From the IMG/VR virus record IMGVR_UViG_3300044623_001092: a stretch of 64,000 nt of DNA; one strand, written 5' to 3'. A program made the translations under genes and the position numbers. The notes under the pieces were generated by a model that was not told where the DNA came from, searched no databases, and saw only the letters and a program-made list of their open reading frames with translations. This document shows positions 46,276 through 56,619 of the stretch, piece after piece. Position 1 is the first letter of the stretch; each line of letters starts with the position of its first letter. The stretch is from a virus.

Positions 46276-47130
46276 ATGATAGAATATAATAAAGAATATT
46301 TCAGTAATAATTATTATTTCCTTCTAAAAGAGGGTTATGATAAAATATCGTTATTTTATTCTGTGGCGGAAACTTTGACTGAATCACGAAAAAAAGATAA
46401 AAAAATTGTTCTTAATAAAAAGAATGAAAAAAATATCAAAAGTTTAGTTGACAAGTTTCTTAAAACAAACAAAAAATTTACTGAAAAACAAATTAATTCT
46501 AAGTTTAAAGAGTTAGATGGTGATGGTGAAATTGAGGAGTTAGTTGATGCTGATGGTACTATGTTAGGTTCGGCAATTCCAATTAAAAGTCAGTTCTTAA
46601 CACCTAAGAAAACTATGGACCAAACTATCTCAATGTCAAGAGCAACTAATGACCCTGTTTCAAGAGGTTACCGTGTTTATTATGGTGAGAGTGAGGAAGA
46701 ACAAGACAATATAGTTGCCGAGGTTAATTATGATGAGGTTTTTGGTTGGGAAGAAACTAAAGACATGGTTTATAATGATACTGTAGATACTCTTGAAGAT
46801 ATGGGTGTTGATAATGCTGACGAAAGAGCAAGAGAACAGGGTAAAGACCCTAAGTTAGAAAAGAAAAAAATGAAAGGTTCATTTATTAGACAACGTTTAG
46901 TTGAAAAGGAACCAATTGATGAGGTTCAAAAACAACGTATGATTAAAATGGTTGAGGATATCTTAACTAAAAAATCAAAAAAAGACGGTGACGTGGTTAA
47001 GAGTAGTTCTGAAGCAAATAAAACAATTGGTTCATTTTTAAAACGAAACTTAAAATCAATTAAGAAATTAGCTGAAAAAGAAGGTATTAGTTTAGACCAA
47101 TTAATTAAAGCGTTAAAATACGATGAATAA
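46276..47130 (+). CDS. hypothetical late protein (charged, possibly head-internal)
   Basis: 284 aa ORF; TATTTAT upstream; LTE/LVE motifs. Confidence 0.7.
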   Translation: MIEYNKEYFSNNYYFLLKEGYDKISLFYSVAETLTESRKKDKKIVLNKKNEKNIKSLVDKFLKTNKKFTEKQINSKFKELDGDGEIEELVDADGTMLGSAIPIKSQFLTPKKTMDQTISMSRATNDPVSRGYRVYYGESEEEQDNIVAEVNYDEVFGWEETKDMVYNDTVDTLEDMGVDNADERAREQGKDPKLEKKKMKGSFIRQRLVEKEPIDEVQKQRMIKMVEDILTKKSKKDGDVVKSSSEANKTIGSFLKRNLKSIKKLAEKEGISLDQLIKALKYDE

Positions 47131-47593
47131 AGATTTATACGGACATACAGTACCATTACCTGAAGAAGTTATGGGGTATCTAAGTCAGTGTTTTGATGCG
47201 GCTAAAGGTGCCGACAATTCTACGGAAGGGTACAAACGTAATCAAGATTTAAGAGATAAAAGAGAAATTACTTACCAACAATTAAAAAGAATGAAGAGTT
47301 GGTTTGATAATTTTAACGGACGTGAAAACGACTTACCATTTATTTTAAATGGAGGTCATTATGTGAAAGGATGGGTTGATAATACATTAGGGACTATGAG
47401 AAATGGTACTGAGTTGTCTAAAGAGATTAAATCAATCGTATTACCTAACCAATTCATCCAACCCCATGAAAAAAATGATTTGACTAATCAAAATAGACCA
47501 AGTCAATCACATAAATCAAGCGTTAATAGACATGCCACCGCAATATCTGAAGACGTAGATAAAATAAATGATTTAATAAGAAAAATAATTTAA
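47123..47593 (+). CDS. hypothetical protein resembling a phage head-associated domain
   Basis: G.KR..L...ITYQQLKRMKSWF...LNGG...W pattern; coupled to upstream gene. Confidence 0.55.
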   Translation: MNKDLYGHTVPLPEEVMGYLSQCFDAAKGADNSTEGYKRNQDLRDKREITYQQLKRMKSWFDNFNGRENDLPFILNGGHYVKGWVDNTLGTMRNGTELSKEIKSIVLPNQFIQPHEKNDLTNQNRPSQSHKSSVNRHATAISEDVDKINDLIRKII

Positions 47594-47595
47594 TT

Positions 47596-47889
47596 ATGGC
47601 AGTTAACGAACCATTAGATTTTGGACAACCAACTAATAAATTGTCACAAATCGCAGATTCTGAAAGACAAAAGTTATTACCTAAAAATGACTATAAAAAA
47701 ACTAATGAGTATACAACCACAAATGCTGACGCGTTAGCGACAGGTGATGCTCAAGGTAAAGGTACGGGAGGATTTTTAGATACTAGTAATCAAAATGCGG
47801 GAGCAATCCAAGATATCCTTGAGAGAAATTCGAGTATTGTGATAAACGCGTATAAATCAAACGCACCATACACAACACCAAGTGCTTAA
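47596..47889 (+). CDS. hypothetical protein
   Basis: 97 aa ORF, TAATG-coupled to next gene. Confidence 0.7.
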   Translation: MAVNEPLDFGQPTNKLSQIADSERQKLLPKNDYKKTNEYTTTNADALATGDAQGKGTGGFLDTSNQNAGAIQDILERNSSIVINAYKSNAPYTTPSA

Positions 47890-48293
47890 TGAAACTAATT
47901 AATACAGTTAAGTCGATAATATTAGAGGTTGCGTCAATTCATTCTTTAAATCATGCAATCAAAAAACGACATAAAGTTGTTATTTATTACGATGGTGATG
48001 AGCCAGGTGGTAAAGGTTTGCGTGAGATTGAACCTGTATGTTTTGGTTACAGTAAATCTAAAAACCCTGTGTTAAGGGCTTGGGATAATTCAGGGGCTTC
48101 TCATACAGGTTACAAAGGTGAACAACCATTACCTGGGTGGAGGTTGTTTAGGGTAGATAAAATTTTATCATTTAAATCAACGGGTGAAACATTTGATGAA
48201 GTAAAACCTGGATTTAACCCTAATGGTGATAAAGGTATGGTTAGAATCTTAACATTAGTTAGTTTTGATAATTCAGAACAAAATATTGCTTAG
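47889..48293 (+). CDS. stand-alone WYL-domain protein
   Basis: AIKKRHKVVIYY, REIEP, LRAW, WRLFRVDKI; no HTH region. Confidence 0.75.
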   Translation: MKLINTVKSIILEVASIHSLNHAIKKRHKVVIYYDGDEPGGKGLREIEPVCFGYSKSKNPVLRAWDNSGASHTGYKGEQPLPGWRLFRVDKILSFKSTGETFDEVKPGFNPNGDKGMVRILTLVSFDNSEQNIA

Positions 48294-48347
48294 TATAAAA
48301 CTTTACTGTGACAAATTATCACATATTTTTTAATAAAACATATTAAT

Positions 48348-48956
48348 ATGACAAACGAAAACGATTTAATACAAAAATTGATGGTTTCTAAAAAAATCAT
48401 GGAACGACACAATTCTATGGGTAGAGGGGCATCAAGTAATATGGGTTTTGAATCCCCACAAGTTGAAACATTTGACGCCCCACAAGCTAAATATAATTTA
48501 CCACAAGATGTGATAAATGAAAGTGAGTTTCATCCGACTAATAATTCCGTTCCTAATACTCAACCAATAACTAAAGATAGGATTATGTCTTCAAAGTTAC
48601 CTGATGAGATTAAACAATTAATGATGGAACATCCGATATCACAACCAACTAATTCATTAAATGGTGGTAGTACAATATCGGCAGAAATTGCTGAAAAAGC
48701 CGCTCGATTAATGAATATTAATCCTAAAGGTGAACAATTATCAAGAACTGAACAACGTAGACCTATAACTGAAAGTGTTGGGAATGGTATTTCGGCTGAC
48801 GAGATTAAAAGTATTGTTAGAGAAACTGTTGAGGACGTTTTGAAAGAAAATGGGTTACTTGTTGAATCAACGAAAAAAAGTAATGACGTATTCAAGTTTA
48901 GTGTTGGACAACATATCTTCGAAGGTAAAGTTACTAAAATTAGAAAAGTTTCATAG
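48348..48956 (+). CDS. hypothetical protein
   Basis: 202 aa; SKLPDEIK..M.E.PI; followed by terminator. Confidence 0.7.
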   Translation: MTNENDLIQKLMVSKKIMERHNSMGRGASSNMGFESPQVETFDAPQAKYNLPQDVINESEFHPTNNSVPNTQPITKDRIMSSKLPDEIKQLMMEHPISQPTNSLNGGSTISAEIAEKAARLMNINPKGEQLSRTEQRRPITESVGNGISADEIKSIVRETVEDVLKENGLLVESTKKSNDVFKFSVGQHIFEGKVTKIRKVS

Positions 48957-48983
48957 TTAAATAAAAAAACTATTTTTACATTT

Positions 48984-49012
48984 AAACCTCCATTAATCAT
49001 GGGGGTTTTTTT
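48984..49012 (+). terminator. intrinsic terminator
   Basis: AAACCTCCAT-TAATC-ATGGGGGTTT followed by T run. Confidence 0.75.
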
Positions 49013-49023
49013 ACTTTTGTATA

Positions 49024-49052
49024 TTGATATAATAAAAAAACTCAGTTATATT
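49024..49052 (+). promoter_or_regulatory. sigma70-type promoter of the second glycan block
   Basis: TTGATA-17 nt-TATATT, 20 nt before ATG 49073. Confidence 0.6.
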
Positions 49053-49072
49053 TTTCGTATAAACAAAAAAAT

Positions 49073-50287
49073 ATGACAAAAATTAATGTATTAGTACTAC
49101 CTAGCGATACTACGGGCGTTGGGAAGTTTCGCTCAGTTGACCCTCACGTAATGTTACAAAATATGTATCCTGACGATTTCCACGTTGACATCGAACACCA
49201 ACCAAATGTAAATGACCCAAACTTTTGGAATAAGTATCAAATTGTACATATTCATAGAAATGTTGGTTCATCTTATGAGGGAACACAAAGTTTAATTACC
49301 TACTTAAAAAACAGAGGGATTAAAGTTATTGTCGATTTAGATGATTATTGGTTACCAACAAAAGAACACCCTATTCATTCGTTAATCGTGCAAAATAAAA
49401 TTCACGAAAAAATTGTTGCGAATTTAAAATTAGCCGATTATATTACAACAACAACTGAAATTTTTGCGGATGAAATGAGAAAATTCCATAAAAATGTTGT
49501 TGTATTCCCAAACGCAATTAATCCTGATGAACCACAATTTAAAGAACCGACATTAGAATGTGAAAGAACTCGAATTGGTTGGTTAGGTGGGTCATCACAT
49601 TTACATGACTTAAAGTTATTAGAAGGTTTTGTTCAGAAAAACTCAAGTATTAAAGATAAAATACAATACGTATTATGTGGTTTTGATACTCGTGGCACAG
49701 TTACTGAAGTTAATCAACAAACAGGTGAACAAAAACAAAGACCAATTAAACCTCACGAAACTGTTTGGGTTAAATACGAAGAAATTTTCACAGATAAGTA
49801 CAAAATAATGGATGAAAAATATCGTAATCATTTATTTCAGTTTGAAGAGAATAAATATAATAGTGATATCGTTTTACCATATGAACGTGTATGGACAAAA
49901 CCTGTTACGTCATATGCAATGAACTACTCTAAATTTGACATATCATTGGCACCGATTAAAAATCACGTTTTCAACCGAGTTAAATCACAACTTAAAGTAA
50001 TTGAGGCAGGGTTTTATAAGAAAGCGTTGATAGCATCTAATGTTGGTCCTTATACAATCGACTTGAAACATTCATTAAAAAATGGTAACTTTGTTGATGG
50101 TAACGCATTATTGGTCGATGAGGTAAAAAATCATAGTGATTGGTCAAAATTTGTTAAGAAGTTAGTTGACAACCCAAATATGATTATTGATATGGGTGAA
50201 CGATTATATGAGACCGTTAAAGACAAATACGACTTGAGAAACGTTACTAAAGAAAGAGCTGAATTTTACAAATCTATAATTAAATAA
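49073..50287 (+). CDS. GT-B (GT4-like) glycosyltransferase
   Basis: GVGKFR, DLDDYW, IGWLGGSSH..D, DISLAP..FN..KS.LK..EAG, IASNV.PY. Confidence 0.8.
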   Translation: MTKINVLVLPSDTTGVGKFRSVDPHVMLQNMYPDDFHVDIEHQPNVNDPNFWNKYQIVHIHRNVGSSYEGTQSLITYLKNRGIKVIVDLDDYWLPTKEHPIHSLIVQNKIHEKIVANLKLADYITTTTEIFADEMRKFHKNVVVFPNAINPDEPQFKEPTLECERTRIGWLGGSSHLHDLKLLEGFVQKNSSIKDKIQYVLCGFDTRGTVTEVNQQTGEQKQRPIKPHETVWVKYEEIFTDKYKIMDEKYRNHLFQFEENKYNSDIVLPYERVWTKPVTSYAMNYSKFDISLAPIKNHVFNRVKSQLKVIEAGFYKKALIASNVGPYTIDLKHSLKNGNFVDGNALLVDEVKNHSDWSKFVKKLVDNPNMIIDMGERLYETVKDKYDLRNVTKERAEFYKSIIK

Positions 50288-50289
50288 AA

Positions 50290-51000
50290 ATGATAAAAAT
50301 ACCAATTACAAAAATTTTATTCTTGGACATTGAGACGGTTGGAGCTTGTCCCGACTATGACTCATGTGCCGCTTTAGACACTGATATTGCTAATCAATTT
50401 GACAAATATTTTGATTGGTTTCAGAAAAGATTTCCTGAAGATGCCGCGGTAGAAATTGACCAAAAAAATTACATGTTTAAAAGACGTGCGGCATTAGTAC
50501 CTGAATTCGCTAAAATCGTTTGTGTTAGTGTTGCGTTTGTTACTGACAAAGGTGAAACTAAAGCTCAAACATTTTCAGGTGGCGATGAGAAAGAAGTTTT
50601 ATTGGGGGTACAAAAATTACTTGATAGATGTGGAAAGTTAGATTTCTATCTATGTGGTCACAACTTAAAAAACTTCGATATTCCTATGTTGGCAAAACGT
50701 ATGATTATTAATGGTTTATTACCACCATCAATCCTACCATCTTATGATACTAAACCTTGGGAGATTAAGGCAATCGACACAAAAGAAATTTGGCAATACG
50801 GGTCGTACACTTCAATTGGGTCTTTAGATTTAATGTGTACTTGTATGGAAGTACCATCACCAAAAGATGGTGAGGTTACTGGTGATAAGGTTCATGAAGC
50901 ATATTGGGAAAAAAGTATGATAAAAGAAATTGCGGAATATTGTGAACGTGATGTTCAAGTATTAATTGATGTAATAAAAAAATTAAAAGAATTAAAATGA
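50290..51000 (+). CDS. DEDD 3'-5' exonuclease (PolB-exo2-like)
   Basis: LDIET, GHNLKNFDIP, YCERDV. Confidence 0.85.
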   Translation: MIKIPITKILFLDIETVGACPDYDSCAALDTDIANQFDKYFDWFQKRFPEDAAVEIDQKNYMFKRRAALVPEFAKIVCVSVAFVTDKGETKAQTFSGGDEKEVLLGVQKLLDRCGKLDFYLCGHNLKNFDIPMLAKRMIINGLLPPSILPSYDTKPWEIKAIDTKEIWQYGSYTSIGSLDLMCTCMEVPSPKDGEVTGDKVHEAYWEKSMIKEIAEYCERDVQVLIDVIKKLKELK

Positions 51001-51605
51001 CAAATCCTGAAAATTACGATTTTTATAATGAACGTATGAAAGAAATTGATGATATCATGAAAACTGATTTAGATGATGAAGATACTGAAGATTTTGATAG
51101 TATTTTAAATGAGTTAGGTGTTAATATTGATGACATTGAATCTGAGTTTAATGACTATGTTCCTAAACTTGAATTAGGTTACACTAAACTACATGAAGAT
51201 GCCGTCGAACCTAAATACAATTACGAAAGTGATTCGGGGTTTGATTTACATTCAACGGAAAAAATCGTTGTATCAGCATTTGGTAGAGTACTTGTGCCAA
51301 CAGGTATTTCATTAGATATTAAAGATGGGTTTGAAGTTCAAGTTAGGTCTAAGAGTGGTTTAGCTTTAAACCAAGGGTTAATGTGTTTAAACTCACCTGG
51401 TACTGTGGATAACGGTTATACAGGTGAAGTTAAGGTAATCATTTTTAATACAAATAAAGAACCTTTTACTATCACTAAAGGTATGAAGGTAGCACAAGCG
51501 GTGTTATGTCCCGTAGTTAACGGAAAATGGGTTGAATTGGTCCAAAAGGGTACTATCAAAAATAAAGAACGTGGAGAAAACGGGTTTGGTTCAACAGGAA
51601 TTTAA
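50997..51605 (+). CDS. dut: dUTPase (trimeric) with acidic N-terminal extension
   Basis: DSGFDL, RSKSGLA, PGTVDNGYTGE, KVAQ, RGENGFGSTG. Confidence 0.93.
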   Translation: MTNPENYDFYNERMKEIDDIMKTDLDDEDTEDFDSILNELGVNIDDIESEFNDYVPKLELGYTKLHEDAVEPKYNYESDSGFDLHSTEKIVVSAFGRVLVPTGISLDIKDGFEVQVRSKSGLALNQGLMCLNSPGTVDNGYTGEVKVIIFNTNKEPFTITKGMKVAQAVLCPVVNGKWVELVQKGTIKNKERGENGFGSTGI

Positions 51606-51615
51606 ATAAGTAAAA

Positions 51616-53118
51616 ATGATAACAATAATTTACTCAACACATAAAGATGAAGATTATAACGATAAGTTTAACGACCATCTTGTATTAACATCAGGACTTC
51701 AGTGGGTAGAGATTTTACCCTATGTAAATCATAACGAATACTCATTATCCGAACTTTACAATAAAGGTATTAAAGAATCAAAGTACGATATTGTGGTATG
51801 TTGTCATAATGACATTAAACTTGAGAAAAATTGGGGTAAAAAATTATTAGAAGATTTTAATAACAACCCTGACTTTGCAATTATTGGTAAAGCTGGTAGT
51901 TGTTATTTACCTGAATCAGGTGTTTATTGGGAACGACTTCATCAAACAATGGTTGGTCAAGTATACCATCACCCTGATGGACAAAAGAAATTTTTAAGTA
52001 AATATTCGCCTAAATTACCGTTTATTGTTCCTGTTGTAACTATTGATGGTTTATTTATGTCGTTTGACAAAACAAAGATAAAACATAATTTTGATGAGAC
52101 CATGGGACGTTTTCATTTTTATGACCATGGTTTTTGTTTACCAAATTACATTGATGGTGTTAAGATAGGTGTTACCTCATCATTTGAAATTACTCATCAA
52201 TCAGTTGGACAACCGAACCAAGAGTTTTATGATACAAAGGCAAAGTTTGTTGAGAAATATAAATCGGTATTACCTTTAGATTTAAAACCTGAATCAATAT
52301 ACGTCCCTGAAATTAAAGAAAAACAAATTAAAAATATTGGTAAAGTTGCGGTTATAATTCCCACAAAGAGTAAATTGAATTTATTATTTGATTGTGTTGA
52401 TTCATTTCACAAACACTGTAATTCATCATTGTATGATATTTTTATTGCCGATACAGGTTCATCAGTAGAGGAAACAGAATTAATTAAAACAAGATATGAA
52501 AATACTAATGTTAAATTAATCGAATTCGATTATTATAATTTTGGTAAGATAAATAATGAAGTTGTAAAATACCATATTGGTAATGAATACGAATTTATTT
52601 TGTTTTGTAACAATGATATTAAGTTGTTGAACAATGCGATTTATGGTATGTTGAAAGTCTTTAAAGAAAATACTAAGGTTGGAACTGTTGGGGGTAGATT
52701 ACATTTTGAAGATAAAACCATTCAGCATGATGGAATTATACTTTTTGTTGATAAAAGTAGTAATATCCGATTGAGTCATAAAAATTTAACAAATTATTAT
52801 AATTATTCGACAACCCTAACTAAGGAAACGGGTAATACAGGTGGGTTATTGATGATTAAAAAAGACATTTTTGAAAAATGTGGGTATTTTAATGAAAACT
52901 ATATTAGTTGTTTTGAAGATGTTGAGTTAAATTTAAAATGTGTGACATTGGGGTTGACAAATTATTGTGATGGAAACATTGTTGCATATCATTATGAAGG
53001 TCAAACAAGAAATGAAGACGGTGAGAAAGAAACTAACGTTCAACAAGACTACGTAAATAATTTACTACCTTTTTTAATCAGAAATCGTGATAAAATAAAA
53101 CAGTGTGTACTGAATTAA
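51616..53118 (+). CDS. bifunctional GT-A glycosyltransferase (two GT2-like domains)
   Basis: domain 1 YNKG, CHNDI, FHFYD; domain 2 VIIPTK, IADTGS, CNNDI, FEDVELN, HYEGQTR. Confidence 0.85.
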   Translation: MITIIYSTHKDEDYNDKFNDHLVLTSGLQWVEILPYVNHNEYSLSELYNKGIKESKYDIVVCCHNDIKLEKNWGKKLLEDFNNNPDFAIIGKAGSCYLPESGVYWERLHQTMVGQVYHHPDGQKKFLSKYSPKLPFIVPVVTIDGLFMSFDKTKIKHNFDETMGRFHFYDHGFCLPNYIDGVKIGVTSSFEITHQSVGQPNQEFYDTKAKFVEKYKSVLPLDLKPESIYVPEIKEKQIKNIGKVAVIIPTKSKLNLLFDCVDSFHKHCNSSLYDIFIADTGSSVEETELIKTRYENTNVKLIEFDYYNFGKINNEVVKYHIGNEYEFILFCNNDIKLLNNAIYGMLKVFKENTKVGTVGGRLHFEDKTIQHDGIILFVDKSSNIRLSHKNLTNYYNYSTTLTKETGNTGGLLMIKKDIFEKCGYFNENYISCFEDVELNLKCVTLGLTNYCDGNIVAYHYEGQTRNEDGEKETNVQQDYVNNLLPFLIRNRDKIKQCVLN

Positions 53119-53135
53119 TAAAATTAGAAGAATAT

Positions 53136-53390
53136 ATGGAAACAGTTGGTAATTTAATTGATAAATTAACAGTGACTAATATTAGAATTTGGATGGCTGA
53201 GGATATTAAACGAAATGTTAATGCCACCGACTCAGATATTGCTAAAGCGACTAAAGTAACAAATATTGCTAATCAACAAAGAAACGATTTAATTCAAGAA
53301 ATTGATGAAATGATTAATGATATTTTAATAAACCAAAAACCTCAAAAACTTTATAAACAAGGAAGTACTAAAATGTATGGAAAAGATTAA
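53136..53390 (+). CDS. small helical protein (DUF4254-like)
   Basis: METVGNLIDKLTVTNIRIW..ED..R...NQQRNDLIQEID. Confidence 0.55.
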   Translation: METVGNLIDKLTVTNIRIWMAEDIKRNVNATDSDIAKATKVTNIANQQRNDLIQEIDEMINDILINQKPQKLYKQGSTKMYGKD

Positions 53391-54150
53391 TTTTATTTGT
53401 GGTGGAAAAACGGGAGATTTATTACATAACTTAATGGTTATTAAAACAATATGTGAATCTAATAACTTTAAAGGTGTTTTATATATAACAAACAATGGAG
53501 GTTATGGTGGTGATTACTTCCATTTTGATATTGAGAAAACGTATGATGATTTAGAACCAATGATTATGTCTCAAGACTATATCGAATCATTCCATATTTT
53601 AATAGATGGGGAAAACATTGGTAATTTTATTAATTTAAATCAGTGGAGATGGTCTAAATTATTTTTTAAAAGTAATTGGATTGACTTATTATGTGATAAT
53701 TATCAAATTGACCCCCCAATAGAACCATGGATAAAATCAAATAAAATTGAAGGACTTGAAGAGACAATTTTAATTCATAGAAGCTTACATAGACACACAC
53801 CTAATTTTCCTTGGGAAAAAATCGTTAATGACAATAGGTGTAAATTTATAACTAACATAAATTCAATAGAAGAATACGACTCATTCCCATTTAAAGATAA
53901 AGTTGAATTACTGACTTGTAATACCTTTAATGATTTTGTACAATCAATTAACTCTTGTAAATTTTTCATCGGTAATATGTCAACACCTTTAGCGATATCA
54001 CATGGTTTAGGTAAACCTCATTTATGTGAATTATATAGTGTTGATGAAATACACTACATTGGTGATGAAAAATATGTTAAAGACTATTTTTACATTTCAC
54101 CAAGTGGTAATAATAACTTGGACGGAATTGATAGATATCTTAACTTATGA
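53377..54150 (+). CDS. putative GT9-like glycosyltransferase
   Basis: GKTGD N-terminus; I.SCKFFIGN.S.P.AI..GLGKP C-terminus. Confidence 0.6.
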   Translation: MEKINFICGGKTGDLLHNLMVIKTICESNNFKGVLYITNNGGYGGDYFHFDIEKTYDDLEPMIMSQDYIESFHILIDGENIGNFINLNQWRWSKLFFKSNWIDLLCDNYQIDPPIEPWIKSNKIEGLEETILIHRSLHRHTPNFPWEKIVNDNRCKFITNINSIEEYDSFPFKDKVELLTCNTFNDFVQSINSCKFFIGNMSTPLAISHGLGKPHLCELYSVDEIHYIGDEKYVKDYFYISPSGNNNLDGIDRYLNL

Positions 54151-55085
54151 AGAAAATTTTAATAACAGGTCCTTTAGGTCAAGATGGTATAATATTAACT
54201 GAATTATTACAGGATAAGTATGAACTACATGGTGTATGTAGAATGACGTATTCCGTAAAAAAATTAAATGACCATAAAAAAAATTATAATATTGATTTAT
54301 GTATGTCTGAATTAACGGACATCGGATATGTTGATTTTTTAATTAAAAATCTGAATCCTGATATTGTCATAAACTTTGCGGGTGAAACTGATGTTATTAA
54401 TCCGTGGTTGGATACTTATAAAACATTTGAACAAAATTATATTATCCCCTCAAATATTTTAGATTCAATCGTTAAACATAATAAAAACATATTTTTCTTT
54501 CAGGCGTCATCGTCATTAATGTATGGTAGGTCAGATGAAAAAATTATTACGGAAAATAGTAAATTCTCACCAATGTATCCTTATGGAGTTTCTAAATTAA
54601 CTACTCATAATTTAATTAATGAATATCGACACCAATACGGATTAAAATGTTCGTCAGGTATCTTTTTCAACCATGAGTCAAATTATAGAAGTGATAAGTT
54701 CATTAGTAAAAAATTATCAACTTTAGTTAGTGAAATAATAAAAGGTAATACAACCAAAATAAAATTATATGATTTAAATTTTAATAGGGATATTAGTCAC
54801 GCCGAGGATTTTATGAGGGGAGTTGAATTAATTATTGAAAACGAAATAAATGATGATTTTATTTTTAGTAGTGGACATTTAACAAATGTGCTTGAGTTCT
54901 CTAAAAAGTTTTTCTCTCTACATAATTTAAATTTTTATGACTATATTGATTATACCGATTCAGGAAATTACCCAAACGATTACTCAATAATTGGTGATAA
55001 TTCTAAATTAAAATCAATTGGTTGGGAACCAAAATATGATATTAATGGGTTAATAACTGATATGGTGAATAAAGAGATTATATAA
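54147..55085 (+). CDS. GMD-like extended SDR (GDP-sugar dehydratase/reductase)
   Basis: ITGPLGQDG, QASSS.MYG, PYGVSK, FNHES, RD.SH..D. Confidence 0.8.
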   Translation: MKKILITGPLGQDGIILTELLQDKYELHGVCRMTYSVKKLNDHKKNYNIDLCMSELTDIGYVDFLIKNLNPDIVINFAGETDVINPWLDTYKTFEQNYIIPSNILDSIVKHNKNIFFFQASSSLMYGRSDEKIITENSKFSPMYPYGVSKLTTHNLINEYRHQYGLKCSSGIFFNHESNYRSDKFISKKLSTLVSEIIKGNTTKIKLYDLNFNRDISHAEDFMRGVELIIENEINDDFIFSSGHLTNVLEFSKKFFSLHNLNFYDYIDYTDSGNYPNDYSIIGDNSKLKSIGWEPKYDINGLITDMVNKEII

Positions 55086-55090
55086 CCAAT

Positions 55091-56011
55091 ATGAACGTAG
55101 CATTTATTAATCACACACAAAAACAATGTGGTGTTTATCAATATGGTAAACGTGTCTCGGACATACTAAAAACTGATGATAGATATTCTTTAGAGTATAT
55201 TGAATGTGATAGTTATGGGGAGTTTTCATCACAAATTAATGATAAACATTTTTCCCATATAATATACAATTGGCATCCATCGACAATGTCATGGTTAAAT
55301 ATTGAAATTACCAATAGTTTTAAAGATAACTCGAAACAACTAATAGTATATCACGAAACTTCGTTACCAACTCATTTATCAGTTGATGGATTGATAATGA
55401 CTGATTTATCCGAAAATAGAGAATTAAAACGGTTTTCCTTACCTAGACCAATTTATGAAATTGATTTACCTAACGTTAAAAATGAAAAAATTAAAATTGG
55501 TAGTTTTGGGTTTGGGTTTAATAATAAAGGTTTTGAACGGATATGTGATGTGATAAATAAAAATTTTGATAACGCAATAATACATCTTCATATCACAAAC
55601 GCATTTTTCGGTGATAAAAATAAAACCATATCTAACGGGGTAATTGATAGATGTAAATCGTTAATGAATGGTAAAACTAATGAACTAATTATTACGACAG
55701 ATTTCTTAGATAATCAAGATATTTTAAATTTTTTAAATGAGAATGATGTTAATATTTTCCTATATGACAATATGCCAGGGAGAGGGTTATCTTCAGTGAT
55801 TGATTATGCGGTTAGTGTCAACACACCATTAATTGTGAATAATTCTAATATGTTTAGACATTTATTATCAGATAGACCAAGTATATCAATTGATAATGAT
55901 GATATTAAATCAATAATCGGACGTGGTAAAAAAGATTTGGTTTACTTCAGAGATAAATGGTGTAACTTAAATCTTAAAAATAAATTTTTAGAAATTTTAA
56001 ATGAAATATGA
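55091..56011 (+). CDS. putative GT-B glycosyltransferase
   Basis: CGVYQYG N-terminus, IGSFGFG..NKG, GLSSVIDYA.S. Confidence 0.6.
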   Translation: MNVAFINHTQKQCGVYQYGKRVSDILKTDDRYSLEYIECDSYGEFSSQINDKHFSHIIYNWHPSTMSWLNIEITNSFKDNSKQLIVYHETSLPTHLSVDGLIMTDLSENRELKRFSLPRPIYEIDLPNVKNEKIKIGSFGFGFNNKGFERICDVINKNFDNAIIHLHITNAFFGDKNKTISNGVIDRCKSLMNGKTNELIITTDFLDNQDILNFLNENDVNIFLYDNMPGRGLSSVIDYAVSVNTPLIVNNSNMFRHLLSDRPSISIDNDDIKSIIGRGKKDLVYFRDKWCNLNLKNKFLEILNEI

Positions 56012-56616
56012 AATATTATTCACAATCAAACCAAGACAAATGGGTCGTAGAATTTCTAAATTTTAAAAAAAATGGGTATTTTATCGAATTGGGAGCGTAT
56101 GATGGTATACAAACAAGTAATACCTATTATATGGAAAAAAATTTAGAGTGGGATGGTATTTGTGTGGAAGCAAATCCTTCCGTGTATAAATTATTAGTTA
56201 AAAATCGAAAATCAAAAAACATTAACGTAGCGTTAACTGACTACGTACGTGAATGTTTTTTTACCAATGATAAGATTACCACCGATGGTATTAAAGTACC
56301 TTGTAACACGTTAGAAAATATCTTAAATGAAAATGGGTGTCCAAAAGATATTGATTATTTATCAATAGATATTGAGGGATATGAGTATATCGTTCTTAAA
56401 GATTTTAATTTTAGTAATTGGAATATTAGTCTAATGACTGTTGAACATAACTTATATTGTGATGGTAATGACAGGAAGGATAAACTTTATGAACTATTAA
56501 CTAATAATGGTTTTACTAGAGTTGTTGAGGATGCCCCGTGTTTAGATACAAATCCGTCATACCACAATCAACCTTATGAGGATTGGTACATAAATAATAA
56601 ATTATTAAATAAATAA
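56008..56616 (+). CDS. FkbM-family methyltransferase
   Basis: YSQ..QD, FIELGAYDG..SNT, W.GICVEANP, IDYLSIDIEG.E. Confidence 0.85.
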   Translation: MKYYSQSNQDKWVVEFLNFKKNGYFIELGAYDGIQTSNTYYMEKNLEWDGICVEANPSVYKLLVKNRKSKNINVALTDYVRECFFTNDKITTDGIKVPCNTLENILNENGCPKDIDYLSIDIEGYEYIVLKDFNFSNWNISLMTVEHNLYCDGNDRKDKLYELLTNNGFTRVVEDAPCLDTNPSYHNQPYEDWYINNKLLNK

Positions 56617-56619
56617 ATT

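Noticed and set aside
48307-48323. CRP box
   Set aside because: Spacer is 7 nt rather than 6; kept only as an unexplained palindrome
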